NCBI GenBank assembly: GCA_951406725.2
Contig: OX597818.1
Coordinates: forward strand, 134,974,001-135,038,000
Origin: Octopus vulgaris
Lineage: Eukaryota
Length of the DNA stretch: 64,000 nucleotides
Direction of reading: 5' to 3'
Under the pieces are notes generated by a model that was not told where the DNA came from, ran no database searches, and saw only the letters and a program-made list of their open reading frames with translations. Each line of letters opens with the position of its first letter. The stretch's first letter is position 1. This document shows, piece by piece, positions 63,693 to 64,000 of this stretch. Both the position numbers and the translations under genes were made by a program.

Positions 63693-64000
63693 TATATATA
63701 TATTCATTTAATCATTATTCTTATCATTTAACGTCCATTTTGCATGCTGGCATGGGTTAGATGGTTTGACAGAAGCTGGTAAGGCCGGGACTGCACTTGG
63801 CTTCATAGTCTGTTCTGGGATAGTTTCTAAAGCTGGATGCCCTTCTCAACATCAACAACTTTACAGAATGTACAGGGCACTTTCCACATGGCACCAGCAC
63901 CAATGCTTCTTATGACACCAGAACCAGTGCTTCTTATGTGGCACCAGCGCTGGTATTAACAAAATAACATACGGATAGGCATTTTCTTCAAACTTTCATT

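Overview
AT-rich, repeat-dense eukaryotic DNA. The SINE/LINE repertoire and (AT)n/(CA)n load look like an octopus (coleoid cephalopod) genome; this is pattern recognition, not a database match. The window holds the middle of a minus-strand Bicaudal-C (BicC/Bicc1) KH-domain RNA-binding gene. I traced ten GT-AG exons between 28831 and 1930 that splice in frame (1222 nt, about 407 codons, IMKETNTEVTWPSKLKIGAKSKKDPH...VIGKGGNNIK...MIGRGDVNIK...SVERNAANMYDAR...). The N-terminal exon(s) and the SAM-domain exons were not found, so 28832-64000 is probably one large intron. The rest is mobile DNA: at least four tRNA-derived SINE families, RTE and CR1-like LINE fragments, non-autonomous Helitrons, a decayed mariner and a decayed DD37D maT element, a Penelope-like fragment carrying a minimal hammerhead fold, minisatellites and a near-perfect 120-bp palindrome. 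Almost all ORF-track entries are repeat artefacts. The best leads are a GxxG-to-GRGD KH loop one A-to-I edit away from GRGG, an AG|GTAAGT dual splice site on that same exon, the hammerhead motif, the long hairpin, and a SINE/LINE partner tail.
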